Positions 13,861-26,050 of a stretch of DNA of 64,000 bases are shown one piece after another. The translations under genes and the position numbers were made by a program. Numbering within the stretch: position 1 is the stretch's first letter; every line of letters begins with the position of its first letter. Where the stretch lies: NCBI RefSeq assembly GCF_006345805.1, contig NC_042999.1, forward strand, positions 173,786,001 through 173,850,000. The letters run 5' to 3'. Under the pieces are notes generated by a model. It saw only the letters and a list, made by a program, of their open reading frames with translations. It had not been told where the DNA came from and ran no database searches. This stretch comes from Octopus sinensis (taxonomy: Eukaryota).

Positions 13861-14110
13861 AGTGGAGGCGTAATGGCCTAGTGGTTAGGGCAGTGTTTAT
13901 TGAGCAAAAACACCTAAAAGCTCCACGAGGCTCCGGCAGGGGGTGGTGATCCCTGCTGTACTCTTTCACCACTCTTTCTCTCTCTCTTTCTTCTGTTGGC
14001 CTGCTTAGCCAGCGGGGTGGCGTCATTCGAAGGCTAAAACAATGCGAACGCATTGTGACCAGCGATGTGTAAAACATCTGATGGTCTAGTCGGTCACGTG
14101 ATCACGTGAT
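13861..14110 (+). mobile_element. tRNA-headed SINE, family C, B-box region apparently deleted
   Basis: Head gtggaggcgtaatggcctagtggttagggcag (A-box-like) runs straight into tgtttattgagc with no GTTCRA B-box; ends ggtcacgtgatcacgtgat before (TA)n. Confidence 0.7.
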
Positions 14111-14604
14111 ATATATATATATATACACCAATATCTGTACACCACTTCTATTACTCTATACATATGTATATATCTGTTTATCCATTTATGTGCATGTTTT
14201 AGTAAAGTAGGGTAAAAAGTGACTTCAAGGTTTCCCTCTGTAACCCTTCGTCGGACAGTATGACGAAAGCTAGCAGTCACTATCACCCTTTTCATACATA
14301 TATATATAAACACAGACACAAGTAAGCGGAGGTGGAAAAAAACCGTACTCGAATAACGAAGGTAATCGGCATTGGCTTCATTTCTGAACGTGAATCTCGG
14401 AGAAACACTTTAGTAAAATAACATACATATATATGTGTGTGTGAATGTGTGTACAAATATATTTCCTTGATGTGTATAAGTTTATATGTGTGTGTGAGAG
14501 AGAGTATGTGAGTGTGTGTGTATGCCTCTATATGTGTGTATATGTCTTTCTACATAAATATGCATATAGAAAGAACCAACACGTATACATAACAAATTAT
14601 CAAC

Positions 14605-14620
14605 AGACAGACAGATAGAC

Positions 14621-14704
<84 letters not shown>
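14605..14704. repeat. (GACA)/(GATA)n microsatellite
   Basis: Direct reading. Confidence 0.95.
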
Positions 14705-14838
14705 GTTTAACAACTCATGAGAATATTAGCGTGTTCATATAATTATGTGTATATATATATATATATATATAAGCATACGGTTTTTGTGTTTTACTTAAAT
14801 GGCTTATAAACACCTTCCACGCTGCAATTGTTTATATA

Positions 14839-14872
<34 letters not shown>

Positions 14873-14889
14873 CTTTCCCCAATTCAAGG

Positions 14890-15350
14890 CAGGCTGTAAA
14901 GATGAGCACTGAAAAGCATTCTGTGTTCCGGTCCACCATTCCTCCCAAACAGTCGACCAAAGTGCTTCTGCAAAGCTGTATATTATCTACCTAATTTGGC
15001 TTTTGCACCCCATTCCTGTCATCTAGCTCTGTACAATCCAAACGTGTAACCAAGATGGTGTTTGAGTCACTCACTAGCACTAAAGAGTGAGCAGTTCCTA
15101 GGAAATCCTACAGACACTTCAAGAAACCTGGATGTGCCGCTACTTTCGAGGCATGTACAGTACTAGTCTGAAAGAACCCCCTTTACTACTAACATCCAGG
15201 AACACCAACCTAAGATCTGGATCCATGAAGATGCCCCTTATCGTCAGATACAGACCTTTCCGAAACAACATAACTTCTCAGCCTGCCATCCCATTCGATT
15301 TGGAGATGAAGAGATCCCTTGCCTACTGAAATTGGGCATGAATGTTTGTG
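14890..15350 (-). mobile_element. L1/Tx1-like LINE APE-endonuclease fragment (decayed)
   Basis: Manual minus-strand translation: DPDLRLVFLDVSSKGGSFRLV...FLGTAHSLVLVSDSNTILVTRLD, resembling L1/Tx1 EN motifs; stops and frameshifts present. Confidence 0.6.
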
Positions 15351-16304
15351 GATCAGAAACTTTGGTCTCTCTGACATCAATATTTAGTTTTGTGTCACGT
15401 GGGAGATTGTTCATGTCTGGAATGAATTCTATCACACTTTGATATGTTTAGATTAATGACTTCCTTCACTGGCCGGACCAGTTATTGTTCGTGCGGCTCT
15501 GGATCTTCAAAATATCAAAGAGAGGCGAAGTCACCAACTAACGAGAGTAACTCAACAAAATTAAAGTAGATTGGTGAAAGGAGCAGTTAGTTCTGTCTTC
15601 ATGTTCTTCCTGCCTTGCTATGTCAGGAGTATCACCTCTAAACATGCAGTATTTTTTTCCTTTAATGACTTACGTCTGACACTGGGGCACCTTCCTGCTT
15701 GCTCTATTTTCCTGTTTTTTTTTTAATTCTCATCGTTGTATAATTTAGTTATCGGATTGGCTTTCTGTGGGATCGATACTGGAATGTTCCATTCTATGTT
15801 TCGCCAAGACGTAGTAAGAAGGTTTTAATACTTGAGACGTACATTTCATCTCTTCCTACTCTCACATAGCATTTGTGAACCCGGTGTATAAATGGAACCG
15901 TAAATTGTGGTGTCTTGATTTATTATGCGTGTTGCTGCTGCTGTTGGTGGTGGTTGTGGTGGTAGTGATGGGTTCGGTGGTGATTTTAGCGGGGGAGAGA
16001 GAATTTTCAGGAGTATTGATTCAACAATTTGTTGTTTGTATTGCTACTGCTGTTCATACATTTTCTGAATGTAAAATTGCTAATATGCAGGTTGATGAAA
16101 CAGCTAACCTCCCACTGAAATTGCGAAGACATAAGGTTCGTTTTTTTCTCCTTAATATGAAACATCACACACAACAAGCTTCAACATTCGGCGAACACTT
16201 CACGCTGCCAACTAGTGTTAGTGGGTGCTGATAAAAGAAATTAATACAACAAGAGCCAAAATTACTTTCTTCAAAACAGCAAACTTAAATGGCGTTTTCA
16301 CTAG

Positions 16305-16345
16305 CAATAATAATAATAATAATAGTAATAATAATAATAATAATA

Positions 16346-16425
<80 letters not shown>
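16305..16425. repeat. (AAT)n microsatellite
   Basis: Direct reading. Confidence 0.95.
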
Positions 16426-16479
16426 CACAACAACTACACGCAACACCATCAGTTCGACAAAGCTCTACAAGTCAGCATT

Positions 16480-17822
16480 GCCCGGATGCTGGAAGAGTTC
16501 ATGCACGTCGGTTTCGTCACCCTGCGCACACCATGGATAGCTTCCAAGTATTGATGGTCGGCCCTGTCTGACAGCACTTCTGTGTCAGTAGGGCTTGTCG
16601 CCAACCAGCAAAGCTCCCCGGTAACTTTACCAGGCCAGGGACTTGTGGGAGTTATCCAGAGGCCCCAGCCCGAAAGTACTCCGGAAAAGACTAGAAGACT
16701 AGTTAACTGATCCTTCTCGACGCCTGGAGTTTTCCCGAGGACGTTGTCGCTCTTTGCTTCCACTAATCCTCTATAGAACTCCATAATGGAACTTCCACCG
16801 ACCGCGCTGCCCGACTGGCAGAAACCTGTGAGGGCTTACCGAAATTCCACGTCCCCAGTCTACGCTTTTTATTTCTCTACGCTTGATTCAGGACTATAGC
16901 TCTGTGAATGAAACGAGCTGCGAAAAAAATTCTGACAAACAGCGACCACACCCACTCACCGTTAATAAAACGCTGGATAAGACGCAGCCTCGGCGTGTTT
17001 CTGTGCATCATTAGCCACGACATACCCAGTCCCCTACTCAGCGGCTGTTGACAGCAGATGGAGCGTCTGATGAGCGGAACATGTCTCTTTCACAGAAATT
17101 GGAAGAGCAAGCACTCTTACTTGATCAGCTATGAAACTGGGCAAGAGACGATAGTCAGGTGGTAGTAGATGACGGAAGCGATATACGCATTCACCACCTC
17201 CACCCGGCCCTTCAGGGACAGCTTCCTCTCTGCACATTTCTGAGTGAGACTGGCAAGCCTGCTAGTCAGTCCCCCGCTTCCAGTTCTTGTCTACCTGGAG
17301 GTCCGGACCAAATCAGACCCAGAGCAATTAAACCAGTCCTTCCATCCAGCGCCCTATAATGGTGTTGGTTGGCACGGACCTGCCTCTCCAAGTTCCGAGC
17401 TGCAGGTCCGACTTGTCCTCATTGATTTTTGCTCCTGTCACGGCTTCGTACTCCCTTAAAGTAGTGCCGATCACCTCCATTTCCGAGCTGAGCGACACTA
17501 TTACGGTGACATCGACCGCATAAACCGACACGAACCTTCCGCACCCTAGATCACGCGGAATACGCCTCGAAATATCCAACTTCCTTAGCAATGGCTCGAG
17601 TGCCAGCACGTACAAAAAATGGAGAGATTGGGTATCCTTGGCGGACCGAACGAGCGATTGTAAACAATTCCGATAGATGGCCGTTTACTTTGGACCACCG
17701 AACAGATGTCGCTGTGTGTTGCAGTGATCTAGCTTCTGACAACGGGACCGAAACCGTCCGCGACGAGGACAGCTTCCAAGTATTGATGGTCGGCCCTGTC
17801 AAAAGCTTTCGGTTGATCCAAA
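16480..17822 (-). mobile_element. L1/Tx1-like LINE ORF2 remnant (RT to C-terminal Zn knuckle), 5'-truncated
   Basis: DQPKAFDRADHQYLEAVL, VNGHLSELFTIARSVRQGYPISP, YVLALEPLLRKL...YEAVTGAKINEDKS, and LDNSHKSLAW...PWCAQGDETDVHELFQHP; multiple lesions. Confidence 0.85.
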
Positions 17823-17921
17823 ATAATAATATGATACACGAAATCCGATGTTACATTAATCCAGTGGTTAGCGATAGCTGACACTTCCCCAACGAAGTTG
17901 CTCAATTAAACAACAGCAACA

Positions 17922-17963
<42 letters not shown>

Positions 17964-19243
17964 TAATAATAATAATAATAATAATAATAACTACTTTGGT
18001 TTATGCGTGTCAGGTTTTCTGTGTGTACCCATGAATATCTATGGATATGTGTACGCATAAATATGCATGTATATCTGTGTGATGACGCGTATTTTTTCCT
18101 GGTTAGTCGAGGTTTTGTTTTTCTATTACCGTTCTTACATCAAATAAAATGGGCTGCGTTCCATTTTTTCTCTGTATTTTTGTAACAAAATAAGTCTTGA
18201 CTCAACAATTTATTTGCTGAAAGGAAAGAAAAATGTAAGCCGGAAGTATAATAAATTATGAATATAGAAAAAGAAAATAGAAGTTGATTAATCAAATATA
18301 ATTTCCTTCTGTTAATAGAAATAGAAAACTAAAACACAAGCGAAATTTTGAAAAGAATAATATGGCTGACCAGTTTAGATTATTTCAATATATTTCCGTT
18401 CATATAACACAGCTGTTTATTTTGGGTATTGCTGGCTGGGAGAGGAAAGGTATGAAAAATGAGTTGCTATATCGAATATATTCTCTGAAGCTGATAAGTT
18501 TGCCTGCGATTTTGGAATTACTCCAAAGATAAATCGAAAGAACTGTTTATATTGCTAGGTAGTCAGTCATCTATTGTTGTATCACACACATTCCTCTTCT
18601 CTCTTCTCTTAGTCTTCATCTCCTTGCTCTTTTCTTCATCTTAATATTATCACTATTATTACCGCTATTACTCTTAGTAGTATTAGTATTACAATTATTA
18701 TTGTTATTATTACTAGTGTTAATACGATTATTCCTGCTACTATACTCATTATATTATTATTTTTATTTTTATTACTAATACTACTACTATCACAACTACA
18801 ATGTTAGAATGGAAACCAATAATATGGAGCCGTCACAGATTGAGATGAATGTATTTAACATGTCTAAATGGTAAGGGGTGAGTCTGTGTGAGAGAACAGA
18901 GGAATAGTAAAGCAAGGTGAAGCAAAATATGATGGAGTAGAAGGTGGGATGAGATGAGGTGGAATTGAGTTGGCGAGTGAGCAATGACAAGCTAGATTCA
19001 ATCAAGAAAAATATGAGACGGTTGGCTGATTTATTTCGGGAATATTCACACGGCTACTGGTAGGTGTAGAACAATGTAGGGACTATAGACGGAGCACTTT
19101 TTAAATACTTATATGTGTATAAATGCATGAACGTATGTGTGTATGTACAACTGGATGCATATAAGCATATGTGTGTCTGTATGTGCGCTGCGTTAGTGTA
19201 TATATATGTATGTATATATATATATATATAATATATATATATA

Positions 19244-19282
<39 letters not shown>

Positions 19283-19382
19283 TGTCTATATACATATATA
19301 TACACATACACACACATATACAGATACATATATGTATACACGCATATATATATATATATATAATATGTATAATAATATATAT

Positions 19383-19433
<51 letters not shown>

Positions 19434-19891
19434 TATATACATACATACATATCTCTTTCTATATTGTATATACACATAGTCTTCCAAATATAAATGAGTT
19501 CGATATCTATTAAGCTCAAGCTAAAACTGATTTATTACACACTCACGTGTCATCCAGTCGAGTATTGTGTCAGTGTAGACTAGTTTGTTTTCTCTTTGTC
19601 ATGTTTATCATTGCGTTGCGATGATATTGATATGATTTGGTAATTGCCTCGAAATTATTACCATATATATATGTGAGTGTGTGTGCATGCGTTTGTGCAT
19701 GTGTGTGTGTGTTCGTTTAGATATGAATATATGCATGTATCTATTATATATATATATATATATATATTATAACAATTTAGGAATGGCCTAAACAGGCCAT
19801 TCGTCCACCAGAAAGAGCAGCCAGAACTCCAACCGCCAAGTAGTGCAATTCGGAAATAAGGTGAAAATTTAAAAACGTTTACCCTAATTCA

Positions 19892-19992
19892 TCTTTTATA
19901 CGATGCATCGTTTCAGTGTCTTTAATGATAGACCAGCTTAATTAAATTAAATTAAGCTAGTCTACCATAGGTCACACTTCATCAGTAAAAGA
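19892..19992 (-). ncRNA. Type-I hammerhead ribozyme, canonical core, 54-nt hairpin inserted in stem II
   Basis: Minus strand: UCUUUUA-CUGAUGA-AGUGU-[54 nt]-ACACU-GAAA-CGAUGCAUCG-UA/UAAAAGA. Stem I 7 bp, stem II 5 bp, palindromic stem III, GUA cleavage triplet (cut between 19899 and 19898). Confidence 0.9.
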
Positions 19993-20242
19993 AACCTGGG
20001 AGAGACGGATATACACGAGGCGACTGTATCAATGCCTCGGGAATATCTGTCTTAAAAACTAGAATGGAGCAATAGCACACACCACAACATATGACGATAG
20101 TGGATCCTGCAAACATAATAAATACACAGATAATTAAAGAAATAGAAATGAATAACTATATACATGTATGTGTGTATATGTGTGTATATGTGTATATGTA
20201 TGTGTATATATGTATATGTATATGTGTATATATGTGTGTATA

Positions 20243-20287
<45 letters not shown>

Positions 20288-20634
20288 ATGTATATATAAT
20301 GTATATTATATATATTTTTTTTTTTCGATTAGATTTATTATTATTATTACTAATATTGTTGTTATACATACATACAAGCATATGTAATGATAATAATGGG
20401 TGGATGTAAACACATGAACAAAGTTAGAACAAAAGCAACAACAACAAAAACAAAATACAAATTACAAGAATGTATATAACCAGAAGATACAAATACAGGC
20501 ATCCCCCCACACACACACTAATAAACATAGACGCACATAGTGATATAAGCATGCGCAATGAAGACATACAATAGAAATACAAAGGCTGAATGTTAGTAAG
20601 GAGAGACAGAAGTAAGTGAGAAGAAAACAAAGGA

Positions 20635-20674
20635 CCACTGATGCGGTCACAGGAGTGTGACGAAAGAACTTTGG
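20635..20674 (+). ncRNA. Degenerate minimal hammerhead-like motif
   Basis: CCA-CUGAUGCG-GUCAC-aggagu-GUGAC-GAAA-GAAC-UU/UGG; core position 9 deviates and the stem III palindrome is imperfect. Confidence 0.45.
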
Positions 20675-20852
20675 CCGAAATAAGATTAAGATTAATGTAA
20701 AAATAAATATCACACTGAAGCAAAATAACACCAAATATATAGTGCGTGTGTTTTTATTGGCTAAACTGGCAATATGACCATTCCGAAATATAACAATATC
20801 TGTTTCAACACACGACTTCACATAAAAATCTTGCACACACAAATATTTAAAC

Positions 20853-20890
<38 letters not shown>

Positions 20891-21003
20891 AATATTAGGG
20901 AATAAATCCAAATTTACAGGGAAAAAAACCAGATTTAGGATTAAATCCAATTTTATAGTAAAATATTATTAGAGACATAATTTGAAACTGACTTATTGGA
21001 AGT

Positions 21004-21046
21004 CCACCTGAAGATTGTCGATCAAGACAAGAAACGATTGTAGTGG
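21004..21046 (+). ncRNA. Minimal type-I hammerhead ribozyme (PLE type)
   Basis: CCAC-CUGAAGA-UUGUC-gaucaa-GACAA-GAAA-CGAUUG-UA/GUGG; canonical core, stem III ACGAUUGU is one base from a perfect palindrome. Confidence 0.8.
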
Positions 21047-21135
21047 CGGTTTTTTTTTGACTATTTATTAAAATTTTATGTATTGATTAAGTCTTTCCTT
21101 GTTTGTTTTGCAAAATAGTGGTTTTGTCTCTAATA

Positions 21136-21184
<49 letters not shown>

Positions 21185-21254
21185 AAGGGTAACATTAATT
21201 AATCAATTAATAATTAATTATTTGACCAAGTAGTTCGGCATGTTAAAAGAACCA

Positions 21255-21530
21255 TTATCGGTAACATACAAAAATTTTATAATTATAAGCATAATTATAA
21301 TTAGGGTTCAGCAAAAATTGCTTCATCACATACCGAAAGTTAAAATACTATTCTACTACCATAAGATATCTCCCAGACAGTATTGTTGTTGAGTATTGCT
21401 GTCTGGGAGATATCTTATGGTAGTAGAATAGTATTTTAACTGCTATTTCTAAATGTCGGTATGTGGTAAAGCAAAGTTTTGCTGAACCCTAATTAAAATT
21501 ATGCTCATAATTATAGAATATTTGTGTGTA
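21255..21530. repeat. Long inverted repeat of a dispersed repeat family; perfect 42-bp core stem
   Basis: 21339-21380 is the exact reverse complement of 21399-21440 (18-nt loop); arms continue imperfectly outward. Single-orientation copy at about 62575-62730. Confidence 0.9.
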
Positions 21531-22737
21531 TATATAAATATGTATGTATGTATTGTTTACTGTTCCGTTATGGTAATATAAAAAAGTACTTCATCCAGTG
21601 TAAGAGATAAATATCATTAAGCAGTGTATACCATATGATATATATAAATATGTGTGTGTGTATGTGTGTGAAATATATATGTGTATGTGTGTATGAGGTT
21701 ATACAGACGCTTGGGCTGGCTGTGCAATGTTGGGCTCACGATGGTTAGGGTATTGGTCTGTTCTTCAGTTCGTGGGGTACGTTAAGCCCTTGAGTAACGT
21801 ACGTCATTTCAGTAGCTAGAATTTTGTGCCCATGACAACGTTATTGCAGTGACGAACTAAAATCTTGTTTACCGACCAGGGATCTAGTATCCACAGTTGA
21901 CTGAACAAAATGGAAAACCAGAATAAGATCCGGCCTCATGAGCCTGTAGGCTGGAACCACTTCATGTAAATCAATGCAAATGTTTGTGTCTAAATATGCA
22001 TGTATGCATTATGTATGTATGCATTATGTATGTATGCATTATGTATGTATGCATGCATGTAAGTTCTCCTTGAAAGTGTTCAAGCTGGTTGGTAGCAAAG
22101 TGATAAGACTATTTGAGTTAAGAGTGATGCTAGTGTTGTAAATATGTTGTTGAGTTGGTGTTTTAGTTGAACTGTCGATGCGGACACTCAAGTGTGTGCA
22201 CCTATCCACATAAAGACTTTCAGATGGAGAACTTTTGGAATACCTTACACATCTTAATTGTGTCACTAATAAACTGGATTTGGATTATCCGCGTCAATTT
22301 CTTTCGCTTTTTCACCGCGAAACCAAGTGTTTCTACCTCTTTGTACAAATATGTTGGTACATAACCTAATACACCTATGTACATTTATATGTATGTATGT
22401 ATGTATAATTTTTTACAAACATACAAATATCCACACCTATTCCTTTTGGAGCAACAGAATACATACCAATCTGCCTGGAGCATATTAAGGTGAGCTTCGG
22501 TTCTTTGGTATAGAATGCAACTCCTTAATTCATATGCTATAACTGATCACGATATCTGGTATAATAAAAATCTGAAGGTCTTTAAAGTTTGAAAGATAAG
22601 GAGCAAAAGGATATACTTTCCTTGACAACCTCCCTGCCAAGCAGGCCGGGGCTGTCAAAATTCGCTTTTGATTAATAAAAAAGGAACATACAAAGATAAA
22701 TACATACAGACATGTATACATAAATACATACATACAC

Positions 22738-22813
<76 letters not shown>

Positions 22814-22838
22814 GTGTATGTATGTATTTATGTATATA

Positions 22839-22887
<49 letters not shown>

Positions 22888-22930
22888 TAAATAAATGGAG
22901 TTTAACGCAGATGTAATCAAATATATTTAC

Positions 22931-23012
22931 TTTCGACACATGTTTCAAAAATTCCACTAATACTATTCAAAAGAATAAATGGTATAAACAATGCACTCTT
23001 CTCCTCGGGTAA
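22931..23012 (-). ncRNA. Degenerate hammerhead-like motif with 45-nt stem II insert
   Basis: Minus strand: CCGAGGA (U4C)-GAAGA-[45 nt]-UUUUU-GAAA-CAUGUG-UC/GAAAG; wobble-rich stem II, poor stem I. Confidence 0.4.
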
Positions 23013-23021
23013 AATACACTC

Positions 23022-23056
<35 letters not shown>

Positions 23057-23264
23057 AGTGTAAAAACGGTTAGATAACAAAAGAAAGAAAGAGACCTCAA
23101 TATTATGTAAATAGAGAAAATTTATCTGTAAATTAATGTTACCATTATTCAATAGCCAAGATAAAACTCTGAGTATATATATGTATGTATTTTTTATGCA
23201 TGTATGTGTGTGTGTATCTATGTATGGTGGGTGGTTTTTCTGGTTAAGGTGTTGCACTCATGAT

Positions 23265-23435
23265 CATGAGATGGGAAGGAGCTAGTTGATTACATCGTCT
23301 TCAATACCTGACTGGTAATTTATCTTACCGACATCGAAAGGAGGAAAAGCAGAGAGAGCGGGGTAGAACTCAGAAGATAGTGAAGCGTAATTTCATACTG
23401 TGAGGCATTTTATCAAACTTACTTACGATTATGCT
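23265..23435 (-). mobile_element. SINE family B (highly diverged)
   Basis: ttgattacatcg...actggtaatttat...gaaaggaggaaaagc...gaactcagaa resembles the reverse complement of family B. Confidence 0.55.
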
Positions 23436-25739
23436 GAAATAAAGATAATTTATAACATATACATAAGACTAAAAGGTCCAAGGGAGCGTTAATCCGGTGT
23501 TTTGGAGTGGTATATATTACATCTGAAACTATAACTATTATATTGTGGAAGAACCAGCTTGGTCATTTAATAACACATAAATTCTATTAAATTCACTTTA
23601 AATTAATTGATGACATGTAAAAAAGGTTGGTCGAACAACTGCGAGCTTGGTCAGTAAAATATATTTTTAAATAATTTAACAGTTTTTCTTGTTCTTAAGT
23701 AATATATCTGGTAATCTACTGTTTTAGTCAACATCCTGTTTTCTAAGATGTAGCAAATGGGGAAAATACTCACAAACGCATGTTGCATGAAACTTTATAT
23801 TCAAGTCGATGCTAGGACACTTGATGTAGTAAAACAAGATATTTTAATTAATTAATTTTTCCATTTAGTAATGGGAACAATAATTATATAAATGACTAAA
23901 TCTGATCAAAAAAGATTGCCGGAGCAAACTTGAAATCTTAATTTATTAAAACGCTTACTTCACATTCATATCACAGCCCTCTTATGTTGTCAGCATGTCA
24001 CAAATTGATAGGGGACAAATATACTTCATGAGATCGAATCTAATGTCTGTAAAATGACTATTTAAATAATCTCAACGGTATTTCAAAGCGAAACATGGAG
24101 CTAAGTTCAAACGCTGCGAGATGAAGTTTAATTTTCTTACATAGTCCAGTTATAAAGTCTTATTGATTTCATCACTGAACACAGCCGTCGCTCATTTATC
24201 TCGGTATTGTATCAACACATGCCAAGAATATTTGTTTAAATTAAAGAGGTGTAAATGATGTGTGTGATAAAGTTGATGTATTGGAACTCCGGACTAGATG
24301 TGTTCGTCAATATTTTCTTAATTTTTCCTTAAATTTAAAATAAGAATTCATCATGATTTAACTGTGAATTTTTCTTCTGTGAGTAAATTCTGGATTTTCC
24401 AATATATGCAATAGATGTATCACAGTCAGAATTTCTGACTGTGCTTTTGGTTGTTCGATTAACTGAACATTCAAACTCATTGAATTATCGTGTATCCTAT
24501 AGGTAGTGGCGACAGTTATGCAATTTTTCGCCGGAATCAATGCGACGTTTCGACAAAAGTGATTTTTCAATTACAGATACAGTCTATCCAACAGGTTTCT
24601 ATACCGTTTCTGTCTGCACAATTGCATTGATAATGTATGGCTTGACTTGGGCTACAGAACCTGATAAGTGGAATCGAACAAGAGAACTCCTTTAGAGGAA
24701 GTAGCTTAATAATTCGCTTGTGAAACGTCGGTATTGAACTTAAATTACCAGTCTTAATATAATAAAACCATTACTGGTTCAGTCTCATATCTTACTGCTG
24801 TAAATGTGGTACACAATATGACCGTAGTTCAAGTATCTGAAACAAGTAAACAAGAGAAGTGATACACTAAACAGCAACGAAAGAAAGTTGATGTAACAAT
24901 CACATCATTTGTATTGATTCTGGATCAACATTTAATAAAATCAAGATATCAAATATTGAAACAATTCGTCAATTATGCCTAATAAAGTTATTAACCTATG
25001 GCCTTGTTGCATATTTAGCATTATATTGAGCCATTCGTCCTACACGCGAAATTGGCTCAGTTTACAGTGTTCTGAAGATATTTCTTACGACATTTAAGAC
25101 GAACGACTGTTTATCGGGATGTGAGACAGCGTCTTCACTTGACTTAATTAAACTCAAATTATATTAATATAATTATGTTAACATTATCTCAACACGAAAA
25201 GATGATCCCATCACAAAGCTATTCTCAGAACTATTCAGAGGCAATGATCAGTTAAAAGACTTTAATATAAAATTGTCAATCAATTACGATACAAAAAAGA
25301 TAATACAACTTGCGATGCGAATATCATTTCGTATGTAAATACAAGTGGGAAAATGTGAGCGATTCATAAATTTAGTCTTTAGTAAAATTGCCTAGTATGT
25401 CTTCTCTTGAAGTTCAACATCAATAGCTCCATATAAGAATTCACAAAATGTGTTTCACTTACAAACACGCAGACGAAAACACAAAGAGGACAGAATTAAT
25501 GTACACCAGCATAGAAGTTTGGAAAATATTGTTAGCTGAGGTATGAAGTTTGGTCAACCAGCATAGGATGCAGACAATTGTAGAGGTTACTACCAGTTTT
25601 CTAGGTTTTAATTGTTAACAAGTGTGTGAAGATACGTGCTGTATAACCATGGACTTTACATTCAAGTATTCTCTTCTTTAGTTGCTTAGCTACATAATAA
25701 TACGAAGAAATAGCTGAAAGAACCATTTTAACAACACTC

Positions 25740-26050
25740 TACTTTGAGATCTGGGGAATTAGGAAACCAAATGTTAGGGTTTATATGATCATGAAAATTT
25801 TCAGCCGTCCATTCCTGTGTTATAAGAGCCATGTGTGATAGTGCAGAGTTTTACTGAAGCACATATGCCTTCCATTACATACACTGTTCATCCAGGGCTT
25901 AATTATTTCCAGGACCTCAATATAGGCGGTAGAGTTAACTCTAAGGCCTTGTGAAAAGAGGTGAGGAGGCATCATACGTCCTTCATTGCTGACACCCACT
26001 AAAACCATGATAGTTGCAGGAAATTTTGTATGCATAACGCTTGGAACTTC
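25740..26050 (-). mobile_element. Tc1/mariner-superfamily transposase fragment, DD37D/maT-like
   Basis: TKFPATIMVLVGVSNEGRMMPPHLFSQGLRVNSTAYIEVL..KPW, then after a frameshift YVLQ*NSALSH...TQEWTAENFHDH; subfamily call from recall. Confidence 0.7.

Noticed and set aside
14219-14280. gtc-ggacagtat-gac-gaaa-gctagc hairpin
   Set aside because: No CUGANGA-like core in register on either strand.
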